DNA of 63,999 nt, counting the filler, from Jimgerdemannia flammicorona (lineage: Eukaryota): the NCBI GenBank assembly GCA_003990765.1. It is 3 parts of 3 records of this genome, joined end to end, with 100 filler letters (N's around TTAATTAATTAA, not from the genome) between each part and the next. Parts side by side here need not be neighbours in the genome. Positions count along the whole stretch, not along the records: positions 21,452 to 42,801 come from RBNJ01001473.1; positions 42,902 to 63,999 come from RBNJ01001534.1; 1 more part is not named here. The stretch is one strand, 5' to 3'. The notes under the pieces are model-generated. The model saw only the letters and a list, made by a program, of their open reading frames with translations. It was not told the origin of the DNA and ran no database searches. The translations under genes were made by a program, and so were the position numbers. Within the stretch, counting starts at the first letter, position 1; each line of letters begins with the position of its first letter. Shown here piece by piece: positions 37,301 to 49,223 of the stretch.

Positions 37301-40133
37301 CTATAGATTGGAGTAATTATAACTAAACTAGGCTAATATATTGAGTCAGGAGGCTATAGATGATTAGAGACTAGAATGAGTTTAGATAGAGATAGAAGAG
37401 TTAAAGAGAGTATTGAGAGAGGAGGGGGAGATATAGATATAGAGTATAGCAGCTCAGTTATAGTGGCAGAGGCTTGAGAAAGATAAGAGACCTACTAAGT
37501 ATCTGACTAGACTTCTTTAGGTAAAGAAGATGAGACAGTAGTGAAATAGAGTGCTAGATGAGGAGAGTACTCTAATAAATAGAATGTAGTAGATCTTAGG
37601 TTCTTTGAAGAGTTAGTAGAGAGATCTGTAGAGTAAGAAGAAAGAGAGTGCAGATGAGGAGACTATTGGGTATATTCTAGAGAATTGGTATTCTCCACAG
37701 ATTGATGGTCTTGGAAATTTAATTCTACTAGTCCAGAGAGAGGAAATTTTAAGTGTCTTATTAGCTATGAAATTGAATATGGCTCCTGATAAGGATGGGC
37801 TGCTCTGGAACTTTTGAAAGAAGATAGTAGAAGTCCTAGAGATATTGGAGGAGATGACAGTACTTTGTGACTTTGTTCTTATATCTGAGAAGTAGATCAG
37901 AGGGCAGGATCTGAGTCTGATAATACTACTATATAAGAATAAGAGTAGGAGAGAGGATTGGAAGAATTGGTAGCTAATTATACTTCTAGATATAGAGAGG
38001 AAGTTGGTCACTAAAGTGATTATTGTAAGGCTGTAAAAGGTTGCCCAACAGATATTAGGAGCTGAGCAATAGAACTTTATTAGAGGTAAACTAATTAGAG
38101 ATAGGATAGTATAGATATATGGTGTGATTGAAGGGATAAAAACTAGTAGATTAAATAAAAGATTAATCTTTCTGAATCAGGAGAAGGCCTATGATCAGAT
38201 TTGGCAAGTTTGGTTAGAGAAGATGTTAGAGAAGATTGATCTCTCTCACTAGTTCTGAGTATTGATAATTTATCTGTTAGAGGGCAGCAGGGTAGTAATT
38301 TTGTATAATAATCATCACAGTGCTATATTATTATTGAGAAGAGAAGTTTCTTAGAGAGACCCACTGTTTTTTATTTTATATACTTTGTTATTAGAGCTGT
38401 TGATAGATAGAATTCACCATAAGATATCAGAACTTTTGATACTAGAGGTGGTCTGAAAGGTTGGGGCCTTTGCAGATAATATAGTAGTTGAACTCAGCTC
38501 TGTTACTAATATGGATACACTGAGAGAGACTGTGAAATAGTATAAGAAGTACTCAAAGATAAAGCTCAACTAATATAAATGTGAGATAATAGTGCTGAAT
38601 AATAGTTTGATAGATAAGAATATTATTAAAACTATTGTTTCTATAGGGGAGGTTGTGCAATATTTGGACATTTTTCTATTAGTATGTAGATCAGTTCTAC
38701 TTAGAGCTTAGTGAAAAAAAAATAGTGAAATGGGGGAATGTTCTTCAGAGTTAGGGGGGGGAGATACTATATTTCTCTTATCAGATAGGTAGTGATCCTT
38801 AATATCTACTGGTTGCTGAAGTTATAGTATCTGATACATTTCTTGGACTTTTGGCTTGAGTGGTAAAGAGGTTGTTGAAGATAGCTAAGAACTGAATTTG
38901 AACTAGGAGGAGAGACCAGATAAGTTGAGAGATCTTAGTGATTCTAGTGAATAGAGGAGGTATAGGTCTGGTGGACTTCTCAAAGCAGTTTTACTGTCTT
39001 CGGACTTAGTGATTAAAGAGAGCTATCAAGCTGTAGAGCAGAGAATGAGTGTCTTTAATATAGAGAGTCTGGGAGACAAGGTTCTCTTCTTGAGAATTCT
39101 CTGGTAATTTACTATCTATAGTCAGTCTGAGAGATAGTAGATACTTATAGTATAAGAAATTATAGTGAGAGATAATAGAAAGAGGTCACTATATTGGTCT
39201 CCATTGGTGAAGTAATAAGGAGAGACTCAATGGAGTTCTGTAATATAGAGATGAGACAGACTCCTGTTAGACAGTTCTCTATTGATAGACTTTGACATTA
39301 GATTGAAGATAGAGTATCAGTAAGGGGTAGGTCAGGATCTGTAACCTTTGGGCTGATAGATGGCCAGCATTAGTGAGGTTTGAAACTAGACTGAAATATA
39401 GTCTTAGAGTACTGAGATATGGCAGTAGCTTTCTCTGAAGTTCTGAATAGTGTGGTAGTATATCTTGAAAAGGAATATTATATTGAACTTTTTGTTGAAT
39501 TACTTGATAAAAGGTGAAAATTTTGAGTATGAGGAATATTTTAATATAGAGCAGAAGAGAGAAATTATACTGATGTCTGAATATTGGCTAAATAAGTATG
39601 AGATTCTTAGTGACTTCTGGAAGAGAGTTGGAGGCTATCTGAGAGTATAGTAGTATACTGATAGAAAAGAGGATAGATGGGATAACTTGAGAGAGCAGTT
39701 AGTTAGGTGTATTAATAATAAGTAACTCACTGTTGAGTAGGTATTAGCTATATAAGTAGAACTGACTAAATACTGACTATATGAGTTTAAGGATAGAAGG
39801 CAGATGGTCTTAGAGAAAAAGATAGTGAGATAGGAAGAGCTGATAGTGAATATTCTGTCTAGCTGGTGGTGGGGATGGGGCCCTCAGAGTAGTCACTATC
39901 AGTATCTAGTGAAAGGGATATATAAGAGAAGTATTGAGTAGATTACTATAATTAATAATATAGTTATTTTTGAGAGAGTGAGGGTAGAAAGATAGAAGTA
40001 TATTGAGATAGAGTAGAGGGAGTATGAGTTGGGTTGAGGCTACTGGTATAGTATGAGAACTGTGTATTTGTTATAGATTAGTTAATAAATACTAAAGTCT
40101 AAGTAATTATAAAAAAAAAAAAAAAAAAAAAAA
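28355..40133 (+). mobile_element. L1/Tx1-like LINE copy L1c (very decayed; segments 28355-31254 and 37151-40133), split by L1d
   Basis: ORF1/EN remnants (DLFLLQDIYCE near 30550), RT remnants 37900-38700, poly(A) 40111-40133; probable TSD agctatttga (28345-28354) / agttatttga (40133-40142). Confidence 0.85.
31255..37150 (+). mobile_element. Full-length L1/Tx1-like LINE copy L1d nested in L1c
   Basis: ORF1 from about 31334 (includes 31851..32450); ORF2 EN/RT motifs (LQGDNLSSILY, AFVDD); poly(A) 37136-37150; TSD gaacattgggtccaa (31240-31254) / gaaaattgggtcaaa (37151-37165). Confidence 0.9.
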
Positions 40134-40800
40134 GTTATTTGAGAGTAATATGATCAGTTATTAGAGTGAATCTTTTTTTAATAGATAGTACTTAAACAGG
40201 GTAACTGCCTATATAACTGCAAGGTATTCTAGTTTAGTACTACTATAATTGGCTTACTACTAATTGATAGCTTGACTTATATAAGCTATTATATAATACT
40301 GCTGATCAGATTCTTTTTAGGCTAGAACTATTCTAAGACTATCTTTAGAGATATCTGTATACAAGATGAATGACTTCTATAGATTGAGTTATACCAGAAT
40401 TGGTACTGTGGTCATGTGGCTCTTGAGTTCTCTAAAGACTAGTTCTTATAATTCCTTCTATTTATATAGTACTTCTTTCTTAAGAAGGGATCAGATTGGA
40501 GTAACAATTTAGATAAAGTTCTTGATAAATCTTCTATAGTAAAATACTAATATTAAGAATGATAGTATTTCTTTCTGAGTCTTGAGTACTGGCCAGTTGC
40601 TGATATTCTTAATTTTCTTTGAGTCTATATGAGTTCTTTTTTAGAGACTATAAATCAAAGAAATTTGAGTTTTTGTTTTACAAAGTAGTATTTCTTAATA
40701 TTGAGTCTTAGATAGTTCTTATAGATAAGCTGAAAGAATTCTTCTAAGAGTGCAGGTATTCTTCAAAATTTGCTAAATAGATATTGAAATCATTTATATC
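40134..40800 (-). pseudogene. Decayed Gypsy RT C-terminus and RNase H (continuation of 27123-28354)
   Basis: Minus-strand YINDFNIY..., YYRRFIKNF, FILYTD, KLEYLAVI*AV, FTLITDH. Confidence 0.8.
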
Positions 40801-41592
40801 ATAATGAGTTAATAAAAAAACATACCAAGTTACTATCTAAATTAGTCACTATAATTTAGCCATATACTATATCAAGTACATTAGATAACTAAAACTGCTC
40901 TACTATACTAACTTATATAAATAATCCAGATAGCTAAAGAAGAAAATATTATGAGACATAAAGGTCTTCTTAAGATATTGAAGATCTCCTCAAGATATTG
41001 AATATCTCTTTGAGATATTAAAGGTCTTGCTACTTATAAATAGTAATTTATAGTTAGTTATATAGCAACTAAATAGCAACTAACTTATATAAAATACTCT
41101 AGAGACAAGACTGAATAAATTTCAGTTCAAAATATTGAAATATAAACTAAAGTAAAAGTTACTAAAGATTGTGAGCATTGGTTCTCTTTTCTCTACTTCA
41201 GTCTACTTTTTGATATAAATAATAAGTTTAAGAGTATTTACTGTTTAAGTTTAAGTAAAGAACTTTGCCACCATTTGAAGAGAAACCTACCACTTAAGGA
41301 ATAAGCTACTATTTGAGTAAATCTACTGCTCAAGAAAGAGTCACTATTTTCAAGAAGTCTGTCTCTTGTCATAAAGCCAGTTTACTTGATATAACTTTGT
41401 TAAGAGAAGAATTTACTATCTGAGTTATTTTCCAGAGAGTCTATCTGTATTCCAACATAAGATCAGTCTTTTGATACAACTTTGCAATGGAGCCAGTCTA
41501 TTGATATAACTCTACATAAATGAAGTCAGTCTTGATATAACTTTGCTAAGAATCTATATTATCTGAGTTATTAAGTTATATATCAACCTACT

Positions 41593-42801
41593 ATTGGTGG
41601 CGATGTTATGGGGATGGTGGTACCGGTGGGTGAACTGGTGCGCTACTTAGGGATCTACTTCTCAGTGTTCGGCTCTCTTCTTCCCAGGGCATGGTGGGAC
41701 CGTAAACTTCTGGAGTAGGGTAATGTCTTGCTGAGATGGGGAGGCCGGCATATGTCCCTTGCTGGACAGGTGATGGTGTTGAATGTTTACTGGATGCCAA
41801 AGCTGTGGTATGTTGGATATCATTTGGATTTCCCACCCTGGGTGGTTAAGGAGTTGTTGAAGATGGCGAGGTCTTAGATCTGGGGAGGGTGGCGAAGCCA
41901 GGTTGGTTGGGAGGTGCTCACCCTGTCCTTGAAAAGAGGTGGGCTGGGATTAGTGGACTTTACTAAGAGGCTTTGGTGTCTGAGAGCCTGGTGGCTGCGG
42001 AGGGCGAGTGAGCTCAGGGGGCAGGAGTGGGTGCTACTTATGCAGAGGTTGTGGGAGGTCCGGTACTCCCCACATGGCAGCTCTGGGGATCTGCTTGTGA
42101 TGGTGGCCATGGAAGGGAGTAAGAAGATGCAGTTTACAGGCTTTTGGTGGGGAGTGGTAGATGGTGCTAAGAAGATTGGACTTCAGTGGTAAGGTGATGA
42201 AGTTGAGGAGATTTGGGGACTGCGAATGTGGCGGTGGAACAGGCTTTTATTAGGTGGGGTCCTGGTGGAGGACTTTCAGCTTGGCGAAGGCCTGGAGTGT
42301 CTGTGTGGTCTAGGTGGGGACCTGTGGCCGGAAGCCTGGCAGAGGGTTGGAATTGGGGAGGAGTGGGATTGGAATGGACTCTGGCTTTGGAGCAAATGGG
42401 TGTGACAGTGGCTGCTCCCCAAGTTCTAGGTGGTGTGGTGGCGGGTACTATGGCGGAATGTGATGTTGAACTATCGGTCTGGACACTTGGTGGATGGTGG
42501 GGTATTCGAGTGTGAGGATTGTTTCAATGTTGGTCAGGAGGGAGGAGTGATACAAACGCCTGAACATTGGCTTGGTGAATGCGAGGTTTTGGGGGAGTTT
42601 TGGAGGGGCATTATGGACAGGGTAGGGGTGGGTGCAAGGGAGGGGGAGGAAGGAGGGCAATGGGGAGAGCTCTGCCAATGACTGGTGGGGGGAGTGGGGG
42701 ATGAATGGCTGACCCTTAGTTGGGCTTTGGCTATGTAGGTTGGACTGGCTGGACATTGGGTCTATATATTTGAGGAAGGGCGCCGAGTCAGGGTTGGTGA
42801 T
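41593..42801 (+). mobile_element. 5'-truncated L1a-subfamily LINE fragment (relatively young, CpG-retaining), running into the gap
   Basis: Collinear with about 51470-52680; RYLGIY, GGLGLVDF, CEDC...EHWLGEC. Confidence 0.9.
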
Positions 42802-42901
42802 NNNNNNNNNNNNNNNNNNNNNNNNNNNNNNNNNNNNNNNNNNNNTTAATTAATTAANNNNNNNNNNNNNNNNNNNNNNNNNNNNNNNNNNNNNNNNNNN
42901 N
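42802..42901. other. Scaffold gap with TTAATTAATTAA spacer
   Basis: Same construct as 21352-21451. Confidence 0.97.
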
Positions 42902-43017
42902 CGAGAGCCAGACTAGTGTTCTGTGAAAACCAAAGTCACTCACTTGGCTACAACATCAATGGTTCGAATCGAATGTATTTGAACATACACATAAGTGATA
43001 TTTAGAACGTTCAGATT

Positions 43018-43238
43018 CAATTTAGATAACCCTTTATACGGGCTCAGCCAAATGGAGAAATGTGTGACCAATCTAAAAATAATTCAGGTACCGCCGAGTT
43101 GTGACTATCGACGCTTTAGACAACCCCCAATTTAGATAACCCTTTATACGGGCTCAGCCAAATGGAGAAATGTGTGACCAATCTAAAAATAATTCAGGTA
43201 CCGCCGAGTTGTGACTATCGACGCTTTAGACAACCCCC
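43018..43238. repeat. Perfect 110-bp tandem duplication upstream of the methyltransferase
   Basis: caatttagataaccc...gctttagacaacccc occurs twice with period 110 and no mismatches seen. Confidence 0.92.
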
Positions 43239-43373
43239 CTGAAGGACGTGCATGACAGAAATTGCGAAAAAGGAAACCTACCTAAATATGTACACCAATC
43301 ACGTTTGCCATATCACACTCTTCTGAAAGGACATTAAGAACAGGGGAGTTAATAACATAGCCAATTCATTTCA

Positions 43374-44507
43374 ATGGCGGATCAAGACGACATAACGAAT
43401 GCTACGTCCGCCCAACTACCAGAGGGGTTCAAGGTCGTTGGCGGTCGCAAGTTCGCGAACAACATAAAATACTTACTGCCAAACGACGACGACGAGAGGG
43501 ACCGGTTGACCCAGCAGCACTATGTCGTTCGGTGAGTGGGTGCAGTGGCAAGCAAACGTGCTCGCTTTCACTCGTCCCCACCTTTAATTTAATTCCCATA
43601 CTCAGACTTTTTTTTTTCTTTCTCCATCCAGTCAACTCATCCACGGCAACTTCAACGCTCCCGTCGAAGACTTCCTTGAGCAGGGCATCCGTGTCCTCGA
43701 CGCCGGCTGCGGCAACGGTCTCTGGTTGCTAGATATGGCTCAGGACTACCCGCGGTCGATCTTCGTCGGCACAGACGCGTCCGCCGAAGGCTTTCCGACG
43801 TCCGACGTACCCCCAAACTGCACCTTTATCCTAGCCGACACGCTGCAAGGGCTTCCGTTCCAAGACTCCACGTTCGACTACGTATTCCAACGGTTCATGA
43901 ATGGTGCGTTCTCGCCCGCGGATTGGGCCAGTGCTGTCAAGGAGTTCACAAGAGTCGCTAAGTCCGGAGCATATCTCGAGTTGTTCGAGCTCTCATTACA
44001 ATATAAGAGGACGCCGCCCGGGCCTCCGAGGTTGCGGGATGCGAGTAAGTTGAGCGGGAGGGGTTGGGGAGGGGTTGGGGAGGGGTTGGGGAGAGGGGTT
44101 GGAAATTGGCGCGATGGATTGAGTATTTTGATGAAATGAACGCATCACTCACCCTCACTCCCTCGCATGCAGCCATAACGTTCGCCAAATCGCGAGGCAT
44201 CGACCTTAACTTGGCCGACCACCTAGAAGACCTCCTGCGCACGAACGATTTCACAGACATCGAGATCGACTACATCTCCATGCCGCTGGGCTGGGGCGGC
44301 GGGGTGGGCGAGCGGCACGCGCGCAATGTCTACCACGTCTGGACATCGGTAAGGCCCATGCTCGAGTGCACCCTAGGGATCGATACACAAGAGTTTTGGA
44401 AGCTGATGAATGAAACGTTTGAGAATTATAGAGAATGTCGCACGTGGCATAAGGCAAATTATGCATTTGGAAGGAAGCCCTTGGCGAGCGTGAGAGAGGA
44501 CCAATAG
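43374..44507 (+). CDS. Class I SAM-dependent methyltransferase (fungal LaeA/TAM-like), 301 aa, join(43374..43531,43632..44044,44173..44507)
   Basis: Spliced length 906 nt is in frame; introns GTGAGT...CAG and GTAAGT...CAG; motifs GRKF, YLLPNDDDERDRLTQQH, VLDAGCGNGLW, FVGTD, GLPFQDSTFDYVFQR; CpG-rich and free of stops. Confidence 0.92.
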
Positions 44508-44761
44508 AGATCAGGGTATTTGTATAAGGGTCAGGGTCAAGGATTAGGTGGAAGGTCTGTTGTTTGCCACGTATAAAATAAGCTCGGAATTAGATAGATT
44601 AGAACGGAAGTGCATCCTGTTCGAGTGTACTTTCTTTATGCATAGTTCCTCATCAAACTGGAAAATCCAGGTTCTGGATCAATCAGCCATCTTACAGTCC
44701 GCGGATCACATTTTTGGCTTAAATTCAATAAATAGTCTGATGATCGCTGTGTGTTATGTAT

Positions 44762-45300
44762 TGTAACGTAGCGGACGTGTAACTTGGAACGTCGGATTTC
44801 TTTATCTTGTATTCTTGGTCTTTTTTTGACTCTTCAGAGTCCTTAGGGTGCAGGGGTGGGTGAGTTTGAAGTGTATCTGCCCACAGGCTTACTAGTTCTT
44901 TTGCCTTTTTACTTGAACTATTTTGATCTAAGGTTTATTCACTCTAGATATTAGGGATATTTGTACAAATTTACAGTAGCTAAGTTATGAGTTATTTGTC
45001 ACAATCCTCAACTTTATTGATAACATTGTTAGTAATATTGTTAAAGATAACTGCTAACTATAATTTATACTATATTATATTTAGAATCAGATTCAGATAC
45101 TATAATTAAATGTCTATCTTCTGATTCTTGTTTCTAATTCAGATCAACTGTTACAACTTCTTCTTGAATAGATGATCTTCTCTAAAATATCTATTCAAAC
45201 TCTTATGCTTCTATATCTTAAATGATCTTATACTATTCTATCTGGTTTTTTATATTTTCTTAGTACTATTTATTAGTAATTTAAAGTCTATTGAAGTTAT
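44762..45300 (-). mobile_element. Diverged family C-related LTR (44762-45155) with PPT and decayed adjacent internal sequence
   Basis: TGTAACG...TTACA; shares gggtgggtgagtttgaagtgtatctgcc..caggcttactagt and ttgaactattttgatct with the 55150-55625 LTR; followed by acttcttcttgaatagatg as at 55626. Confidence 0.8.
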
Positions 45301-45776
45301 ATCTTAGAGATATAATAAAGCCTGCTTATTATTTTAAAATAGCTTAAAAATATACCATTTAATAGTAATCTAACTACTAAAGATCTAGTATATAATAATC
45401 TAATAATTCTTCTTGATATTTAATTACTATTCAAAAATTTTATAATGATTCATTATAAGCTACTAAAATTTTCAATAAAAATGCTAACAGAAATTCCAAC
45501 AGAATATATAGAAAACTACTTTCTATATATTATTATATATTATATAGTACTAGAATCTATAAGTTAGACATTATTGTTATTAGCTATATTGATATGTTCA
45601 GTAAGTATATTCTTAGTAGTAAAATTGCTTATATATATATATATATCTGAGAGATTTCTTATAAGTGCTAGAACTTTATCTTTATTACTAATATAATCTA
45701 TAGATATATTGAGAAAATTTACTTAATTTACTAAGTTATTAACATAATTAGTATATTTATAGATATACTTCTTAGG

Positions 45777-46200
45777 TAGTGCTCCCAAATAAGTCGAATC
45801 AATTCGAATCAAATCGAATTGAGGGTTAAACGAGTCGAATCGAATTGGGGATTTTTCAATTCAAATCAATTTGAATCAAATCAAAAGTTGAATCGAATTG
45901 AGGGTCTAATTTGAACCCTAATTTTCAAAATGCAATAGCTCAGTGTAAACTCATCCAAATCTAACGTACTTTAGCTTGTTAGAATCACATTAATACGGTG
46001 AATCTAACAAGCTAAAATATGTTAAATTTGGATGAGTTTTCGTTGAGTTATTATATTTTGAAAATTAAGGTTTGAATCGAACTTTGAATTGAATTGGACC
46101 TTTGATTTGATTCGAATTGAATTGAATTGGACCCTTGATTCGATCGAATCAAATCAAGTTTGGGCCAAATTCGATTCAATTCAATTCATTGGAAGCACTA
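45777..46200. mobile_element. Non-autonomous hAT-type DNA transposon (MITE), 424 bp
   Basis: TIRs tagtgctcccaa / ttggaagcacta; perfect 8-bp TSD TTCTTAGG (45769-45776, 46201-46208); subterminal (A)TCGAA pentamer arrays; internal palindrome. Confidence 0.9.
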
Positions 46201-47264
46201 TTCTTAGGTTTTATTTATAAATTAAATAGCTGAGATTTTAGATGAAATTGATTTAATATAGATGCTTATATATAATAATTATGTAGAGCTTCTCATATAT
46301 ATATTATATACTATTATAATATATATATATTACAAGCTTCATTTGTAAGTTAAAAAAGATAAAAATAATCTTCTATAATATCTAGTAATTATTTATAGTA
46401 TCATATTTTTGAATTTATACTTACAGTTTTTTATATTTTACCAAACTACATTTATTAAGATTTATTATATAGAATACTCAAATAGTATAATCTTTCTTAT
46501 TAAAGACTAAAATGAACCTCTTGATCATATTTATAATAATAACTAAAACTATGTTTTTTATATCTATATCTATAGTTATACTTATAGTTATAATGGAAAC
46601 TACTTTTATTATTGCTAAAATGCTTGCAATTAATATATCTATATTATTAAACTGATCTTAGCTTATATTTATACTATGATCTATTATAGAGTTTATAGTA
46701 TATATATATTGTAATATATATTTTAGAGGTATATTGCTATAGTTATTACTACTTAGTACTAGTAGAGCTTATAATCTTTATTATATAATACTTCTTTAAA
46801 ATATGAGAAGAGGTAATTTTATTAATTAAATATTGTGATATATAGTATAAAATAGAAATAAAAATCAAAAGAATAGATATTTGATCATAGTATCTAAATC
46901 CAATTTTCTAATTTATTATAGTATAGAAATTATCTTTACTGTAGATATATACTATATCTAAAATATTATCAGTAAAACTCTTGTTACTTTCATAAATTTC
47001 AGATAGGATTTTACATGAGATTCTATCTGAGATACAGATGGAATTCTGCTAGGAATTTTATATGAAAAGACTTAATACTTAACCACATATTTAGTAGTAG
47101 AATTAGTACATAAATTTGTATAAATAACTCAGTATTTTAGAGTGAATAAAGCTCAGTAGAGTCAGTTTAGCTCAGTTAAAAAAGTCTTCTTTATATACTC
47201 TTCTCTTCAACATTCAGGTGATATAAGACTCAGACAACACTTTTTACTACATTTTCAGTGTCCA

Positions 47265-49192
47265 GTGACTATCAACATAGATGGCAACAATCAAACTGAT
47301 GAGCGTACTAACCAGAGGGGTGACGGCACCTTTGGCTGGCAGCAAGTGGGGAGGAGGGGAGATGGTTTGGGAATGTCAGGGGCCTCATTGGCTAGCCAAG
47401 GTTCTGGTGGTGGTGGGAGGGGCAGGCTAAGACAGAGAGGAGGGGAGAGGTTGACCTTCACTGACAAGGTCAGAATGGGAAAGATGGCCTCAGGCCTTGA
47501 TGGTTGGCTGGGTCTGGGGACGATGTCGACAGCTGCTACTGGGGGACAGAGAGGTGTACCCAGGGGAGTCTCAGGTGGCAGGAGAGGAGCAGGAGTAGGG
47601 GCTGGAGATGTGACTGTTGATGGGGCTGTGACTGGGGATCTGGCAAAAAATCCAGATGTGATAGTGGTTAGCAATTCAGAACTGGGAGTAGGCACGAGGC
47701 CCAGAGACCTGGTAGATGGGGTGATGGGTATGGTGTCGGCCCTATTACTCAAGAAGTCGAGGTCAGAATTTGCAGTCACAATGTGCTTCCGGGGCTTAGT
47801 AGTGACGGTAAGGATGATTTTGGGGCTGGTGGTACAGAAGGCTAAGGGAGCAGCATCAGTGAAGTTTTTAAGAGGAAAGAAAGGGATTGAGGTGGGGTTT
47901 GAGGAGGAAGATGCCTTGTTGGCAGCCATGGAGAAGGGGATGATGGTTGGCGGAGTTGTGGTCCCTATGGCCCGGTGCATGTGCTGGGACCCTCAAGTGG
48001 TGCAGTTGATGGTGTTGGATCTTCCTACCATGTCAAAGGAGAGGACCAGAGAGTTGGTTGTAGAGGCAATCAAGGAGTATAGCGAGATTGTAGATATTAG
48101 GTTCAAGATCTGGGAGGGCACAGAGCTTAGAACTGGCAATGTCGATATCAGGGTGAGGCTGGCTGGGAAGGAGAATACAGAGAAGTCGAGGGACTGGCCA
48201 GTAATACTGAGGTGGGGTCTGGTGGAGTGTAAGGTCACAAGGGTGAAGGGGACCCAGGAGGAGGAGGAGGACCTGTTGGAGGCTCTGGAGGATCTGGAAG
48301 GGGCGGTTGTGAGGAGGAGATTGGCCTGGAGGGAGTTTGAAGCCAGGATGGTGGTGGGGGAGGTGGATGAGAAGAGGGTCCGGATGGAGAAGGGGGCCTG
48401 GGAGAAGATGCAGGAGAGGAGGATCCAGAAGGAGCTGTTGGCGAAGTTGGGTGGGGTAGGGCCAGTGGAAGCTCCGGGGAGGGAGTTGTAGGATTGCAGG
48501 AGAGCACCTGGGCTGAGGGGGGAGAGTTGGCCCAGGGTGGGGCTCGAATTGGAGTGGGGGAGGGGAGGGAGGGTAATTTGGAGGCAGATGCCGAAATGGG
48601 TGAGGGTACATATCCTCAGTATAGTGTTCCGGATGGAGCAGAGGGGGAGGAGGAGCTGATGGATATGCTGGATGAGGAGTGGGATGAGTCAGTGAGGAGG
48701 AGTGTGCTGGTGGACCCTGAGGTGGATGGGGGACAAATTGCTCAGGGGGTGGCAGAGACAGTGGATGAGGAGAAGTGGATGTGGAAGACCCTGGAAGGGG
48801 TAGCAGCTGAAGAGCTGGGGGGTGAGGACTTTAGGGTGATGGAGGAGAAGCATTGAGAGGAGATCCTATGGGAGGAGGAGGTGCCGAGGAAGATGAGGAA
48901 TGAGATTCTGGCTGTCCTCCTGGAGTTGGTTGAATATCAAGTTGATGATTAGCGAGAGGAGAAACTTAGGAGGATTGCGAGCAACAGGGTACTTTTCTTA
49001 TAGAACTTGAGGAAGGGACTGGAGAAGTGGTGCACAGTCTGCTTGGACTACCAGGTGGATATAGAGGAAGTGGATAGGGTGGAATGTTAGGAAATCTTGG
49101 GGGCACTGGATGCTCAGGATAATGCAGAGGGTGACTTGAAAGCTGAGCGGCGCTTGGATCTGGTGGGAGATGAGATGAGCATGGAATTATAG
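47265..49192 (+). pseudogene. LINE ORF1 (~640 codons: Gly-rich N-terminus, RRM-like core, acidic/coiled-coil C-terminus)
   Basis: Track ORFs 47265..48491 and 48494..48856 plus downstream homology to ORF1 of L1b/L1d; one frameshift and stops. Confidence 0.8.
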
Positions 49193-49223
49193 GTTGGGGT
49201 CTCTATTGCAACATTTCTTCAAT

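Noticed and set aside
40800..41592. Possible LTR/PBS of the decayed Gypsy remnant with short internal repeats (gatataactttg)
   Set aside because: No partner LTR or TSD identifiable; too degenerate to call.
28345..47208. Sequence-specific LINE targeting as in some Tx1 elements
   Set aside because: The three readable target sites (agctatttga, gaacattgggtccaa, tatatactcttctcttc) share no convincing consensus.
47291..48611. Long Pro/Ser/Leu-rich ORFs antisense to LINEs (47291..47980, 48033..48611 and many similar)
   Set aside because: By-product of the C-rich antisense strand, which has few stops; not conserved between copies.
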